A stretch of 64,000 nucleotides of DNA from a virus. Positions 1 to 10,381 of the stretch are shown here, one piece after another. Both the position numbers and the translations under genes were made by a program. The notes below the pieces were generated by a model that worked only from the letters and a program-made list of their open reading frames with translations, was not told the DNA's origin and ran no database searches. Position 1 is the stretch's first letter. Every line of letters begins with the position of its first letter. The DNA is taken from positions 32,001 through 96,000 of the IMG/VR virus record IMGVR_UViG_3300032032_000001. The stretch is one strand, 5' to 3'.

Positions 1-144
1 AGATTCACACACGAAGCCAACCCACCGTTGCTAGGTGAATCCGATCCAGCGGCCCCCAACTATTTGGTGGCTTACAATATTTTCGATCCGATCCATATAA
101 CACCTAATGTTGTATTACGGGTTGAGTGGGAACTGCGGTTCTAG
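1..144 (+). CDS. 3' end of a tail/baseplate-associated structural protein (partial)
   Basis: Frame 1 is open from the window edge to TAG at 142-144. It ends ...LVAYNIFDPIHITPNVVLRVEWELRF, a C-terminal pattern typical of tail-collar/baseplate proteins. Not in the ORF track. Confidence 0.6.
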   Translation, partial: RFTHEANPPLLGESDPAAPNYLVAYNIFDPIHITPNVVLRVEWELRF

Positions 145-156
145 GGAGATTTAACT

Positions 157-3100
157 ATGGCGTATAAGTATTTCGGGCGGCTCGCAGGTAAGACGCACAC
201 GGCCCAAAAATCATTAACTGAGTCAGCGCCACCAAACACGCTGACCCCGTTTAATCCGCAGGCACCAGCCACCAAGCTCCTTGCATACGGCGAAGACGCC
301 ACGAGCTTGACGTTCAACAGAGCGTTAAGTGCGTTGGCCTCAAACGTGGACCATATCGCCGCCGTGCTGGACGCGCCGACCACTAAATACGAAATCATTC
401 AGCCGTACAGACAGACCATCGACGGCGACTGGACTGAAGGCCAGTGGAATCATGGCTGTGTATCTCTCGGCCAACAGAGCATGAGCGGGATCGAAACTGG
501 CCAAGAAGAACTTCATATGCCAGAGGTCGCGTCACTTGACCCGACACCGTCGTACTGGGTCCATCTAGGGATTCATAAGTCCAACCTTCCTGAGCGTGTG
601 CGGTTTTTTCGCGTACAGAACTCGATAGTCGGCTCTCCGCAGAGCACGGGCTACAACCTGCACAGTGAAGTCACCTCGGGCGCTCCCAACCCTGAAATTG
701 ACGGGCACGCAGTTCCCTCAGTTCATCACATCGCTAGGCCTGAAGACGCCTACCTCAACACGGCGCTTCATTCTGCTACGCAGTCATATTTTGATTACAC
801 ATACAAAACCCAAGGGACTCAGCAGTATTTGGGTACTGAGGATCACGGGGTAGTTATCCATATTCCGCCAATTGAGCGGATGAAGCCGAACATCGCACCG
901 TACGCGATGGACTGGCACTCGGAGCCTATTTATAAATGGGATGCCGACGGGGTGTACCTCAAGTCGTCTACCTTCGCGTCTCTCAACCTTAGGCCGGGGT
1001 GTTTTGTTGAGATCTCCGGCGACGGGGACGAGTCGGTAAACAAAGGAAACAATGGGCTTTTCCAGGTCGCCGCCATTGGGAAGAGCGATCACCTGCCATC
1101 CATGGGCGGGCCCGGGGATAAGGCAATCTTGACAAGAGGCGGCCTCTGTAAGGTCACTGTTAGAGATTGGCGCATTTACGGTCGAGGCGAGCTAGTGTCT
1201 TGGGCAAGCGCACCGAACCACATGGACCAAGAGGACAACACCGCACAAAAGCCGGGTCTTCGTAAAAATTATGCACACGTTGCATATATAATCCCACGGC
1301 CAGACATCACAGGGAACCCTACGGACGAGCCGGGAGATGTCTACTTAGCCAGTTACGCAGCCGCTGATGATGCTCCGGATGCGATTGGTTTTGGCCCAGC
1401 AACAAAAGCGGGCACACCCGCTGTGGCCGGGTCTGAGAGATATTCTGGAAGGTACCGTTACGGTGACATTGGCTCACCTGATCAAGAGGGGGTTGTGCGG
1501 GACCACACTGGGTCCATTATCATGGACGCCTTGCAGAACCACGGAATCCTTCCCGGCACGCGTCTGTACCACGGCCACGCACACTTCTACCCAGGGAACT
1601 CCCCGTGGGGGACGGCATATCCAGCCGCGTACTCCGAAGTAATGGGGGAGCTAGACGGCGTTCCTGATGGAATCGTTGGTCCCGGCGAGCCCGTAGTCTT
1701 CGACACGGAAACAATGCCGGGGAAAGTTTGGCCATGTGCTCCGTCAGGGTTCGTTCTCAACCCGTCTTTCTCTTTTCACCCGGAAAACTCTCTGTATGCG
1801 GGTGAATACTGTGCTGAGGTCAAGACGCTCACTACGGTCAAGGAATCCCTCTCACCGAACAATGCGGTGAAGGGTGACAGGAAGAAGCCAGAGATATCCA
1901 TCTTGCGAGCTTGGCATAAGTTCATCAGGACAGGGCACATCTCCCCATCAAACGCCCCATGGAACGGGGCTGGTCATTCTTCAGACCCCTCTGCCGCAAT
2001 CATCCCCCCGAAGGGCGATGACTTAAACGTCATGGGTGCGCCGACAAGGACAATCCTTGGCGGGGACCTTTGGCACGTTGTCTTTGAACACCACTTCGGC
2101 ACAGACCACGGGTCTCTCCAATCCGCCTATAATAAGTATCTCCAGATTGGTGGCATGAATGAGTGGGTAGGTGACCACGCCAGCGTTAGCGTTGGGCCAG
2201 ATAAAATTTACTACCCTGTCTTCTTGAACAGCCCCGTAGTAGGTCGGCCATCAACCAGGGCCCGATTCTCCAGCATTAGCGCGGACCACGCGGTCATTTA
2301 CGATGTAAACGTGAAACCGGACGGCGAGTGGTCAACCCAAGGCTGGGACGGGTGGGATTACGGGATGGAAAGAGGCTGGCCCATCGAGGTCGGCACCATT
2401 TTAGCGTTTCCGACCGTTGACGGCAATGTGTCCTGGAAGGTGGCCTACATAGCTAAGGCACCATACGTTGATGACGCACAGGGCCGGGGAATGATCCCCG
2501 GGTACGGACTGAACGCCGCTTACAACACAGACTATTCGGCGAGCCCACTCATGCGTGGGCCAAACGACATTGGCGCTTCGTCTCACAAGGCTGGCTTTGG
2601 TAATGTGATCTGGGTTAACCCCCTAAGACCATTCACCACGGTTCTTCCTGGCGGGGACACGCTTAGCGACGGGGGAACCCACGAGGATGGGTGGAACGGT
2701 TCTTTCGCCAAGGGAGAGATTGCGCATCTGACTAGGTCAAACAATGACCTATACATTTCGCTACACCGCCTTTGCTCTAGAGACAACGACCACGTTCGAG
2801 CAGAAGTAGCGGTTAAGTACGCATCTTCTTCTGCGCAAGTATTAGACGATAATGGCGCAGCCTATGGGCAGCGTAGTTACGATGAGAGCATGGTTGGCGG
2901 CGATGCCCGATCAACCAGAATGCTTCTCACGGACCCGACAACGCAGACGTTCGGAAGCTCTCCTGAGATTGGCGCTTGGGATGTTCCGAATATCGGCCTC
3001 GACGAGATGCACTCTACCTATAGAGATGGCAACTACCCGAAGCATGGCGTGTATCTCTCAAGCAACTACTCAAAGGTAAACGAGAAGTACACATACCCAA

Positions 3101-6100
3101 ACCCCGGTGGCCTAGAAAACAAGCCAGCGTTTGATGCTAGGTCTACCCCGATTGAGATGCAGGATAGGAGTATTCTGGGATCTATTGAGGGTGTCTTATT
3201 GGGGAACTACTCCCCCTTCCACGAGTCCATCGGGACAGGAACCGAGGGCGGCAGGGGCTTATACGACGCCGATAGTTTCGGAGCATTATCTAACGGGGTC
3301 ATTAAGGGTGGCAGAGCGTGGATCAAGCGACAGGAGATCCATAACGGCGCGAGCGATGCTGTTGGTAATCTTTGGGATAACCAAGTCCTGATGACCAACG
3401 CATATCTTCATGTTGGTGGGGCGAAGTGGTTCCAACTTGCCCAAACGCTTACGTTTGCTGTGAACGGAAACTACCTGATCAGTTGGTGTGCGGATCGTAA
3501 AAAGTATATTACTGAGTCAATCACAGAACATTCAAGCGGGCTCATTGAAAACTCTGGTCCACCCACCACGCACTGGGAGGTAGGCCAGGACGCTCGTAAA
3601 ATCTGCTGCTACATCGCGTCAGTAAGCGGCGGTGTTGTTCAGTCTGTAACCGACGTTCGCCTTAGGGTGGGGCGGCAGGACCAAAAGACAAACATCTATG
3701 TTGGCTCCATAAACCCGCTACACGGGCAATCATCACATTTTAATATGATGCACAATGGTGGTTACATCGATGACTCGATGAATTTTAGTACCCTTGGGGA
3801 GGCTTTTGCGGCCTTAACTTTTTGGACCAAGAACTCATCCATTAACAGGCGATGGACTGTCGAAGTCGTTGGCCCGACATTCGAGAGCTATTGGAGATGG
3901 GATAAGACTGCGTACGACAGTAACCTAGCACCGGACGACTCGGCAGAAACTCGCGGCATCGAGTTCCCGATTAAAATCCCATGCAACGGTGTTACCGTGC
4001 GGGGTATTCGCGGGAAGAACGCTGGCGACGGCAAGAACGATGACCTAGCAGGATCCAACTTTTTGTACGCCCACGCTGGATGGGAAAAGGGCGACAACGT
4101 CAAAGAGTCACAGGAAGATGATCGTAATAAGTCTCCTGTTATTTACTGGAAGCACCCACTAGATCGGCCTGTTCCAGGACTGTTTGACCTTGACGGGCGA
4201 TATGGGATTACCTTTGAAAATCTTAGCTTTCATTACCAAGGGACTATAGACTCCTCATTTAGTTCACACACTGATTGGGGCCCTGATTATCGTCGCGACG
4301 TTCCTCAGGATGTTGTCTTCTGTGCGGGGAATGAGGCCTACTTGGATGAACAGCTTCAGGACATTGACCCCGGGGATCAAAACCTCGGTGCTCACGGCAG
4401 AGACAGGGAAGCGTTTGATCATTTGTACGGTAGCCACACAACGCCGTCCAATATGGCATACAGCGGTGGCTGGAAGTTTAGCAACCTGTATGTCCGAGGC
4501 GGCGGTGGCCTCTTAACCACTCTCGATGCGAGATACTCACTAGACAACGTTATCGTCAAAGACTGCCACGCACATGATGTCATGAGCTTTGTCACGATGG
4601 GGATCGACCTGTTCAATATGCCCCACTCTTCTTGGGATCATAAGCAGCAGAGAGGCAAGCATCATACACGGGTTGTTATCGAGAACAACAAGGCGTCCTT
4701 CCCAGGAATACGCCATATTATAAATGGCCAAACCGGTGAAACGGAAATTCACGGAACCTTGACGCACTATGCCCCGGGCACCTTTAATGCTGGCGGTCCT
4801 TTTGAGGAGCAGTGGGAAGACCCGTTTGAGATCACGTATGGCGACGGTGCTGGGTACGACGGGGAGATAACGCCCAATGGCGCGAAATACTTCTGCGGCG
4901 TCTACGCATCACAGTGTAAGGAGATCTACGTAAAAAATAATACGTTCAAGAGCTTCTATGCGGGGGTGGTTTTCGGAAGACCACTTAAGATGAACGTGAG
5001 CCCTGCTTCAGGCTTTAACCAGGAGCCTTTCTGTGAGGGTTACATCGAAAGCAATGTAATCCAGAACACGCAAAGCCATGGGGTGTACGTTTTATCGCAG
5101 ACATCTCCGTCAAACATTCATGTCAAGAATAACACCATCAAAGACCCAGGAATCCCCTACGGGGCGGGAGAACCATGGTCAGGTTCGAACGCGCACCCGA
5201 ACATTTTTGATCACGAGGCATGGGGCATCAAGCTCCTAGCCGGTGGGACTGTTTGTTCTGGGAACGTTATTAATAATACGTGGCGGACCTCGCCCGAACT
5301 AAACTGGGGGTCCGGGAATGAGGGTCACCTGTTCTGCGACAGGACGGGGACAGCATTCCCTGCGTTCTCTAGGTTATACCCAACGGCTGGTGGTATTTAC
5401 GCATACTCCACGAAGACCGGGACGGTGGACCCAAGCAACCCTCTTGAGGGGGAGTGTGTCGGCGTAGAGAATATCATAACCAATAACCACATCTTGTTAT
5501 CTGGGCGAGCTACCTTTGGGGTGCTCATATCAACCGGGTCTTACGGGACACAGGTTATGGACAATAAAATTATCCACGAAGGGTCCCCTGTTCAGGCGGA
5601 CGTGCCAGACTATTCGTCCCAAGACTTCATGGACAACCTCTTCAGATACCCGTGGGGCGTTTGGACTGGGAAGCAGTGCAACAGAACCCAGATCGTTGGG
5701 AACCAGTTGGGCGCGAATGTCTTCATCGCGGAGGAGTCACCCAATTCGATTATCTCGGGGAACTTGGTGTCTATGCCATACTCCATGAGCAAGCCTAAGG
5801 CACAGAATGGGGATGGTGGATGCTTAGTCTATACCTCTTCTTGGGGGACGAGTATTATTAATAATAAACTCTCCTGCGGAAACATTACCATGGGAGGGGT
5901 CGGTACCGGTGTTTCGGACTCAAGAATTACAGGCAACAACCTAGCGCCGTTTGGTGAGGTCCGTATCGACACGTCATCATGGAACGTACTAGATAACGGG
6001 GCCACTGCTTGGACGGCTATCACTATAAATGGATCAGGCTCCAATATTGTAGTCGATGATAACAACACCAACTTCGGCGACATCACTGCCGCGTCTGGCG

Positions 6101-7893
6101 GGCGTTGGCATAACATGAAGGTGACCAACAACAATACCGGACACCTAAGTACGTCAACCGACCACCCGGAATTAGATCCTACTACCCCTGATTATGTCGG
6201 GGGCCACATTTGGGTCAGGCAGGGTGATGGTTGCTCTATCACCAATAACAATACGTCAGGTGGGTTTATCGCCCTAGGTGACACCAGTTCATGGAACGAT
6301 AACTGGTCTCAAGTTGTAGATTTTTCGGCTCCCGGAGCTTCCGGATCGTGGGATTGCTATAACTCCTCTGTCTCGAACAACCGTACACACGGAGGGCCTA
6401 TCCTTGTTCACGGGTACGGCGCTACGATTACGGCGAACAATACTAGGAATGACAAGAACAGCACCAACAACTACTTCCAGTACGACGGACAGATTCGCGT
6501 ATATAATTCTTCCAAGTTAATCGTCAGCAACAACAATGTTCAATCAGGGATCGTAATCCAAGACTGTAGGGTGGGTAACGTTTCCGATAACATTTTTAGG
6601 GGCACAATCGAGCTAGTTGATGCACCTGACTTTGTAGTTGCAGACAACAACGGCGCACTCGAAAACTCATATGATGGCACCCTTTTACTAAAAAGTGACA
6701 TTACCGTAGCTAATTCCTCCGGCACCACTGTGCAGGGGAACAAGCTCATTCGTCAGGGAGGCATCACCTACAGAAACTATGGCGATACGAGCCGGAGCAG
6801 TAATGCTTACAACGCCGGGGTCGTACGTGTGTTTCCAGGAAGTAACACCAACAGCCCGAACAGTTGGTACGGCGGGAGCGTTCCTGCGCAAACAGCTGGA
6901 GATACCATTGAACGACTCGGCGGGGAGGTGCGCATCAGCGCTTCCAAGGGGGCGAGGATAGTTAATAATCAAGTGGCTAGGATCTTCTGTGAGGGCTCAG
7001 ACTTATTACGAATTCAGGGCAACCTGTGTGCCTATGGTGGCGCACGTCCTAAAAACAAGTATAACTGGGGGATCAAGATTGAGGGGCAGTCTGATAACTA
7101 CCTCATCGACGGTAATGAGGTTAAGGGGAACATCCAGATAACTGCGGCGGATGGAAACATAGGGTTGAGCAAATCAGCCGCTTCGTCTGGCGGAATGATC
7201 ACCGGTAACCGCGTTGGTACTGAGTCGATGACCGGAGCCATACACATTTCCAATGGCAATACAATTGGAACTGGTGGAACTGGTGATTGGCGCGGCGGTG
7301 GCGGCATGATTGTTGTTGATGAGATTGGTGGTTGTCACATAACTAACAATCATCTGAATGTGGGCGGCTATGCCGGTGCGCATTCTGGGTATAACTCTAA
7401 CAACGTCTATGACGGTTGTGAGTTTGGCTCCATCTATCTGAACAGGAGAAAGAGGGCCTCTTTCAGGTTGAATACAGCCTCCTCTCCCAATTTCACTATT
7501 TCTTGGCCCCGTTACCAGAAGTCTGTATATGTTGCTAACAACACTATGGGCTCCCTCTGGATTGCGGAACCCTCGTGGATAGAAGAGAACCCAGTGGGGA
7601 CGAATACTTTCCGTGCGCACATGGGGCTCCTACCTAACATGACCGCCAGCACCTCTTATAATGATTCGGGGAGCAACATCGGCGGGAACCACGAGATTAA
7701 CGGAACTGGCCAAATCGATCACTTCAATTATGTACTTGGACTGGATTTTAACTGGGCCTTCTCTGGGAACGCAGATAACTCTGGGTTTGTCCAGCACAAC
7801 AGCTTCATGACGGCACTGATGAGCCTTCCAATCGCCGCACACTGCGCTGGCAATATGTTAGCTAGCAACAATGACCCGGATGATCAGAACTAA
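157..7893 (+). CDS. Giant tail spike/fibre with long right-handed beta-helix (possible depolymerase)
   Basis: 2578 aa, GGAG RBS. The C-terminal half is full of Asn-ladder repeats (IxNNx, VxGN, ISGN) typical of parallel beta-helices, preceded by a FSTLGEAFAAL capping helix. Confidence 0.7.
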   Translation: MAYKYFGRLAGKTHTAQKSLTESAPPNTLTPFNPQAPATKLLAYGEDATSLTFNRALSALASNVDHIAAVLDAPTTKYEIIQPYRQTIDGDWTEGQWNHGCVSLGQQSMSGIETGQEELHMPEVASLDPTPSYWVHLGIHKSNLPERVRFFRVQNSIVGSPQSTGYNLHSEVTSGAPNPEIDGHAVPSVHHIARPEDAYLNTALHSATQSYFDYTYKTQGTQQYLGTEDHGVVIHIPPIERMKPNIAPYAMDWHSEPIYKWDADGVYLKSSTFASLNLRPGCFVEISGDGDESVNKGNNGLFQVAAIGKSDHLPSMGGPGDKAILTRGGLCKVTVRDWRIYGRGELVSWASAPNHMDQEDNTAQKPGLRKNYAHVAYIIPRPDITGNPTDEPGDVYLASYAAADDAPDAIGFGPATKAGTPAVAGSERYSGRYRYGDIGSPDQEGVVRDHTGSIIMDALQNHGILPGTRLYHGHAHFYPGNSPWGTAYPAAYSEVMGELDGVPDGIVGPGEPVVFDTETMPGKVWPCAPSGFVLNPSFSFHPENSLYAGEYCAEVKTLTTVKESLSPNNAVKGDRKKPEISILRAWHKFIRTGHISPSNAPWNGAGHSSDPSAAIIPPKGDDLNVMGAPTRTILGGDLWHVVFEHHFGTDHGSLQSAYNKYLQIGGMNEWVGDHASVSVGPDKIYYPVFLNSPVVGRPSTRARFSSISADHAVIYDVNVKPDGEWSTQGWDGWDYGMERGWPIEVGTILAFPTVDGNVSWKVAYIAKAPYVDDAQGRGMIPGYGLNAAYNTDYSASPLMRGPNDIGASSHKAGFGNVIWVNPLRPFTTVLPGGDTLSDGGTHEDGWNGSFAKGEIAHLTRSNNDLYISLHRLCSRDNDHVRAEVAVKYASSSAQVLDDNGAAYGQRSYDESMVGGDARSTRMLLTDPTTQTFGSSPEIGAWDVPNIGLDEMHSTYRDGNYPKHGVYLSSNYSKVNEKYTYPNPGGLENKPAFDARSTPIEMQDRSILGSIEGVLLGNYSPFHESIGTGTEGGRGLYDADSFGALSNGVIKGGRAWIKRQEIHNGASDAVGNLWDNQVLMTNAYLHVGGAKWFQLAQTLTFAVNGNYLISWCADRKKYITESITEHSSGLIENSGPPTTHWEVGQDARKICCYIASVSGGVVQSVTDVRLRVGRQDQKTNIYVGSINPLHGQSSHFNMMHNGGYIDDSMNFSTLGEAFAALTFWTKNSSINRRWTVEVVGPTFESYWRWDKTAYDSNLAPDDSAETRGIEFPIKIPCNGVTVRGIRGKNAGDGKNDDLAGSNFLYAHAGWEKGDNVKESQEDDRNKSPVIYWKHPLDRPVPGLFDLDGRYGITFENLSFHYQGTIDSSFSSHTDWGPDYRRDVPQDVVFCAGNEAYLDEQLQDIDPGDQNLGAHGRDREAFDHLYGSHTTPSNMAYSGGWKFSNLYVRGGGGLLTTLDARYSLDNVIVKDCHAHDVMSFVTMGIDLFNMPHSSWDHKQQRGKHHTRVVIENNKASFPGIRHIINGQTGETEIHGTLTHYAPGTFNAGGPFEEQWEDPFEITYGDGAGYDGEITPNGAKYFCGVYASQCKEIYVKNNTFKSFYAGVVFGRPLKMNVSPASGFNQEPFCEGYIESNVIQNTQSHGVYVLSQTSPSNIHVKNNTIKDPGIPYGAGEPWSGSNAHPNIFDHEAWGIKLLAGGTVCSGNVINNTWRTSPELNWGSGNEGHLFCDRTGTAFPAFSRLYPTAGGIYAYSTKTGTVDPSNPLEGECVGVENIITNNHILLSGRATFGVLISTGSYGTQVMDNKIIHEGSPVQADVPDYSSQDFMDNLFRYPWGVWTGKQCNRTQIVGNQLGANVFIAEESPNSIISGNLVSMPYSMSKPKAQNGDGGCLVYTSSWGTSIINNKLSCGNITMGGVGTGVSDSRITGNNLAPFGEVRIDTSSWNVLDNGATAWTAITINGSGSNIVVDDNNTNFGDITAASGGRWHNMKVTNNNTGHLSTSTDHPELDPTTPDYVGGHIWVRQGDGCSITNNNTSGGFIALGDTSSWNDNWSQVVDFSAPGASGSWDCYNSSVSNNRTHGGPILVHGYGATITANNTRNDKNSTNNYFQYDGQIRVYNSSKLIVSNNNVQSGIVIQDCRVGNVSDNIFRGTIELVDAPDFVVADNNGALENSYDGTLLLKSDITVANSSGTTVQGNKLIRQGGITYRNYGDTSRSSNAYNAGVVRVFPGSNTNSPNSWYGGSVPAQTAGDTIERLGGEVRISASKGARIVNNQVARIFCEGSDLLRIQGNLCAYGGARPKNKYNWGIKIEGQSDNYLIDGNEVKGNIQITAADGNIGLSKSAASSGGMITGNRVGTESMTGAIHISNGNTIGTGGTGDWRGGGGMIVVDEIGGCHITNNHLNVGGYAGAHSGYNSNNVYDGCEFGSIYLNRRKRASFRLNTASSPNFTISWPRYQKSVYVANNTMGSLWIAEPSWIEENPVGTNTFRAHMGLLPNMTASTSYNDSGSNIGGNHEINGTGQIDHFNYVLGLDFNWAFSGNADNSGFVQHNSFMTALMSLPIAAHCAGNMLASNNDPDDQN

Positions 7894-7942
7894 AAAGTAG
7901 GCGTAGCCGGAACTCCCCTCCCCATGACGGGGAGGGGGTTCC
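7892..7942. terminator. Intrinsic terminator between convergent genes
   Basis: GGAACTCCCCTCCCC-ATGAC-GGGGAGGGGGTTCC hairpin (7909-7942). The A-run at 7892-7896 gives a U tract on the minus strand. Confidence 0.8.
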
Positions 7943-7958
7943 AAGCCCAATGAAAGAC

Positions 7959-8348
7959 CTAGCCAATCTTGCCTTCAGCGGCTGCTGCCTTGGCACCGCC
8001 CACAAGGGCTTCGGCCAACTGCCGCTTGTTCATCTTAGAGTATCCGGAGACACCCTGCTCACGAGCAGCGAGGCGCAAGTCCTTAACAGGCCTACTGCTC
8101 ATCACAGCTTGGACAGCCTCGGACGCGGCGGGTACTTTCTTTTTAGTATCCTTCTTTGCGGTGCGCTTCGCCGTAGTCTCGCTTGCGAGCTTCTTGGCAT
8201 TGGTGCGAGCGCGTCGCTTCTTGGCGCTACGTTTAATAGCGCCGGTGGTCCCTTCAATACCTTTCACGGTGTAGAAGGTGGCAACACCAACCATGACAGC
8301 TTGGATTGAACGAACAATAACAGGGTTACGAAGAATTCCACTTAGCAT
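7959..8348 (-). CDS. Basic protein with C-terminal Rho_N (helix-extension-helix) domain
   Basis: ATG at 8348 with AAGGAGG RBS. VKDLRLAAREQGVSGYSKMNKRQLAEAL matches Rho_N. Lys/Ala-rich linker and hydrophobic N-terminal helix. Confidence 0.75.
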   Translation of the reverse strand: MLSGILRNPVIVRSIQAVMVGVATFYTVKGIEGTTGAIKRSAKKRRARTNAKKLASETTAKRTAKKDTKKKVPAASEAVQAVMSSRPVKDLRLAAREQGVSGYSKMNKRQLAEALVGGAKAAAAEGKIG

Positions 8349-8402
8349 AATATCCTCCTTCAGGATTTGGTTGTGGATAGCGATAGAAGAGTATTCTTCC
8401 AT

Positions 8403-8418
8403 CACTATTCTTATGCCT
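8403..8418 (-). promoter_or_regulatory. Putative phage promoter WGGYATAAG-N4-RTG, copy 1
   Basis: Minus strand AGGCATAAG-AATA-GTG. Hairpin GATGGAAGA-ATAC-TCTTCTATC (8382-8403) starts at the predicted +1 G. Confidence 0.75.
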
Positions 8419-8446
8419 AAAAAAGGGGGCACTTTTGCACCCCCTT
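8419..8446 (-). terminator. Intrinsic terminator
   Basis: Minus strand GGGGGTGC-AAAA-GTGCCCCC hairpin followed by T6, just after the phosphoesterase stop. Confidence 0.8.
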
Positions 8447-8452
8447 AGTCCC

Positions 8453-9205
8453 CTAGCAGATGTGGATAGGGTCACAGTAAACGGAATCCGCCTTCACCGC
8501 GTGAAACCCAACGTTGTCGCCGTCCTTCAGGATTGCTGCGCAAAGGTGCCCACCATGAACACAGCCCAAGTCCAATCCCGTTGCGTGCTTAAACTCGACG
8601 GGGGAGTTGTGGGATGTGAACGGTTGGTGTCCGAAGTAGACATGTCCAAAACGACCATCGTAGATATCTGCCCAAAAGTCATCCTGAGGAGTCTCTTCCC
8701 CAAAGACGACCATTGACCCAGAGTCATCCACAAACCGAATGAACATTGTCCGCTCGGCCCTCTTTCGCTGCTTATTTGACATCTCACCCAAGACGGCAGG
8801 GAGCGCCTCCATCCTCGGGGTGATACCCCCGTGGACAACCACGAAATCATCACGTTTCACATATGTGACTACCTTGCTCCGTAGCCAATCGCGTAAATCC
8901 TGGTCTGTTGACTCCATAACGCCGGACAGCTCAGTAGCGTATTTCATCTCCATCGCTTTTTCGACGCCACCGTTCTCTACCTTCTTCCAGAATCGAATGT
9001 TTCTCGACTCGTGATTTCCCTGGACTACCGTCGCCTTGTCGCCAAGGTTTCGGACGTACTTGAGAACTCCGGAGCTATCTGGGCCCTTATCAACCAAGTC
9101 CCCAACGAATATATACTCCGTCACCCCACGGTCGCTCAGGTCTCCAATAAGCACCTTTAGTTCTTTGAGACATCCGTGAACATCTCCAATAATTGCTGTA
9201 GCCAT
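8453..9205 (-). CDS. Calcineurin-like metallophosphoesterase (PPP/ApaH/PrpE-like)
   Basis: Motifs GDVHG, GDLVDKG, GNHE, VHGG, FGH, LDLGC. AAGGAGG RBS. Confidence 0.9.
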   Translation of the reverse strand: MATAIIGDVHGCLKELKVLIGDLSDRGVTEYIFVGDLVDKGPDSSGVLKYVRNLGDKATVVQGNHESRNIRFWKKVENGGVEKAMEMKYATELSGVMESTDQDLRDWLRSKVVTYVKRDDFVVVHGGITPRMEALPAVLGEMSNKQRKRAERTMFIRFVDDSGSMVVFGEETPQDDFWADIYDGRFGHVYFGHQPFTSHNSPVEFKHATGLDLGCVHGGHLCAAILKDGDNVGFHAVKADSVYCDPIHIC

Positions 9206-9251
9206 AAGGCTATCCTCCTTGTGGTTGTGTTTTGGTAAGGAACTTTCCTTA

Positions 9252-9267
9252 CATAGCTCTTATGCCA
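9252..9267 (-). promoter_or_regulatory. Putative phage promoter, copy 2
   Basis: Minus strand TGGCATAAG-AGCT-ATG. Perfect hairpin GTAAGGA-AAGT-TCCTTAC (9235-9252) starts at the predicted +1 G. Confidence 0.75.
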
Positions 9268-9293
9268 TTATTAGTGTGTGATATTGCGTAGAT

Positions 9294-9333
9294 AAAAAAA
9301 GGGAGAGAGCCTTCGTAAGAAGACCCTCTCCCT
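9294..9333 (-). terminator. Intrinsic terminator ending the long replication operon
   Basis: Minus strand GGGAGAGGGTCTTC-TTAC-GAAGGCTCTCTCCC followed by T7. Confidence 0.85.
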
Positions 9334-9360
9334 TAACCACAACCCCGAAGGAGGACGGGA

Positions 9361-10101
9361 TTACTTTACGTACTTACTTGGATCAGGGACCTTGGTAAGG
9401 TCTTTGATCATGGGCTCGTCCTCCTCAACAATAATACTGTTGATGATGTACACGAGTGTATTCGTAAGTAGGTTATTTGCCTGAGTCTGTTCTTGGCGGA
9501 TCGCCTGTAGTTGACTTTCAAGCTCAGAGAGCTTGCTCATCAAGGCGGTCGCGGCAGGATTTTTCTCAGTTGTTTTGATTTCCAGATCCGCAGGGGCGGC
9601 CTCTGCAACCTCATCAACCTCCTCAACCTTCTTAAATCCCGTAGTTGCTTTTCGCTTAGGGCTTTTGGTTGACTTCTTGATCGGTGCCACAGCTGGCTTA
9701 GCTACTGCCTCTGGCTTTTTACGGGGTCGCCCCCTCTTCTTCTTAGGCTCTTCCACCACAGCCTCGACAGGGGTCTTTACCTCTTCCGAGACCTCGTCGC
9801 TGGTGTCCTCATCGGTCCCCTCAGGGGGCCAGGACGGGGCGGTGCATTCGCCAAGAATAAATTTTTGTAGACGCTTGATGTAACTTCCAACACCCGTTCT
9901 AAAGGTGTCTTCAATTCCTACGCCGCTGATACTAAGCCCAGCAAACTCTTCTGCTCGCTCATGAATCCATGAGACTACTTCAGCCTCTTTCATGGTGTAA
10001 GCATCGAGAGGCTCTAAGCCCATTCCTACGATTGCAATTTTTCTCAATTCGGCACGGTCTAAAGGACCGAGCATTTTCTTTGTAAAGCGTTTAGTCGCCA
10101 T
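9361..10101 (-). CDS. AT-hook DNA-binding protein with C-terminal coiled coil
   Basis: Likely start MATKRF at 10101. KKKRGRPRKK AT-hook, acidic/basic low-complexity linker, heptad segment LMSKLSELESQLQAIRQEQ. Confidence 0.65.
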   Translation of the reverse strand: MATKRFTKKMLGPLDRAELRKIAIVGMGLEPLDAYTMKEAEVVSWIHERAEEFAGLSISGVGIEDTFRTGVGSYIKRLQKFILGECTAPSWPPEGTDEDTSDEVSEEVKTPVEAVVEEPKKKRGRPRKKPEAVAKPAVAPIKKSTKSPKRKATTGFKKVEEVDEVAEAAPADLEIKTTEKNPAATALMSKLSELESQLQAIRQEQTQANNLLTNTLVYIINSIIVEEDEPMIKDLTKVPDPSKYVK

Positions 10102-10381
10102 AGGTAGTTTCCTCCATAAGTTTGTTGTGACAGTACACAACGACACCGTCATGATGATTGTAACAGTTACCATCGCACGGCAGTGATAGCCTGTTCCGGT
10201 TCTCCTTAATGTACTTTGTTAGTTTATCTCTTATTGGGTTAATTGGGCTATTTGTGACTTCATCTGTCTTATACTGAAGAAAGTCGTGTAATTGCTGGGT
10301 AGGCGTTGATGGGCAAGCCCGGACTCCCATCTGCTCCCAAACAATATGCAGCAACTCACTCTTACTCGCACCCGGGTTCAT
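10091..10381 (-). CDS. Hypothetical protein with Cys/His cluster
   Basis: Overlaps both neighbours in the operon. Contains PCDGNCYNHH...YCH. Confidence 0.65.
   Translation of the reverse strand: MNPGASKSELLHIVWEQMGVRACPSTPTQQLHDFLQYKTDEVTNSPINPIRDKLTKYIKENRNRLSLPCDGNCYNHHDGVVVYCHNKLMEETTYGD

Noticed and set aside
1912-1920. TGGCATAAG on the plus strand inside the spike gene
   Set aside because: Intragenic and lacks the N4-RTG; consistent with a chance match.
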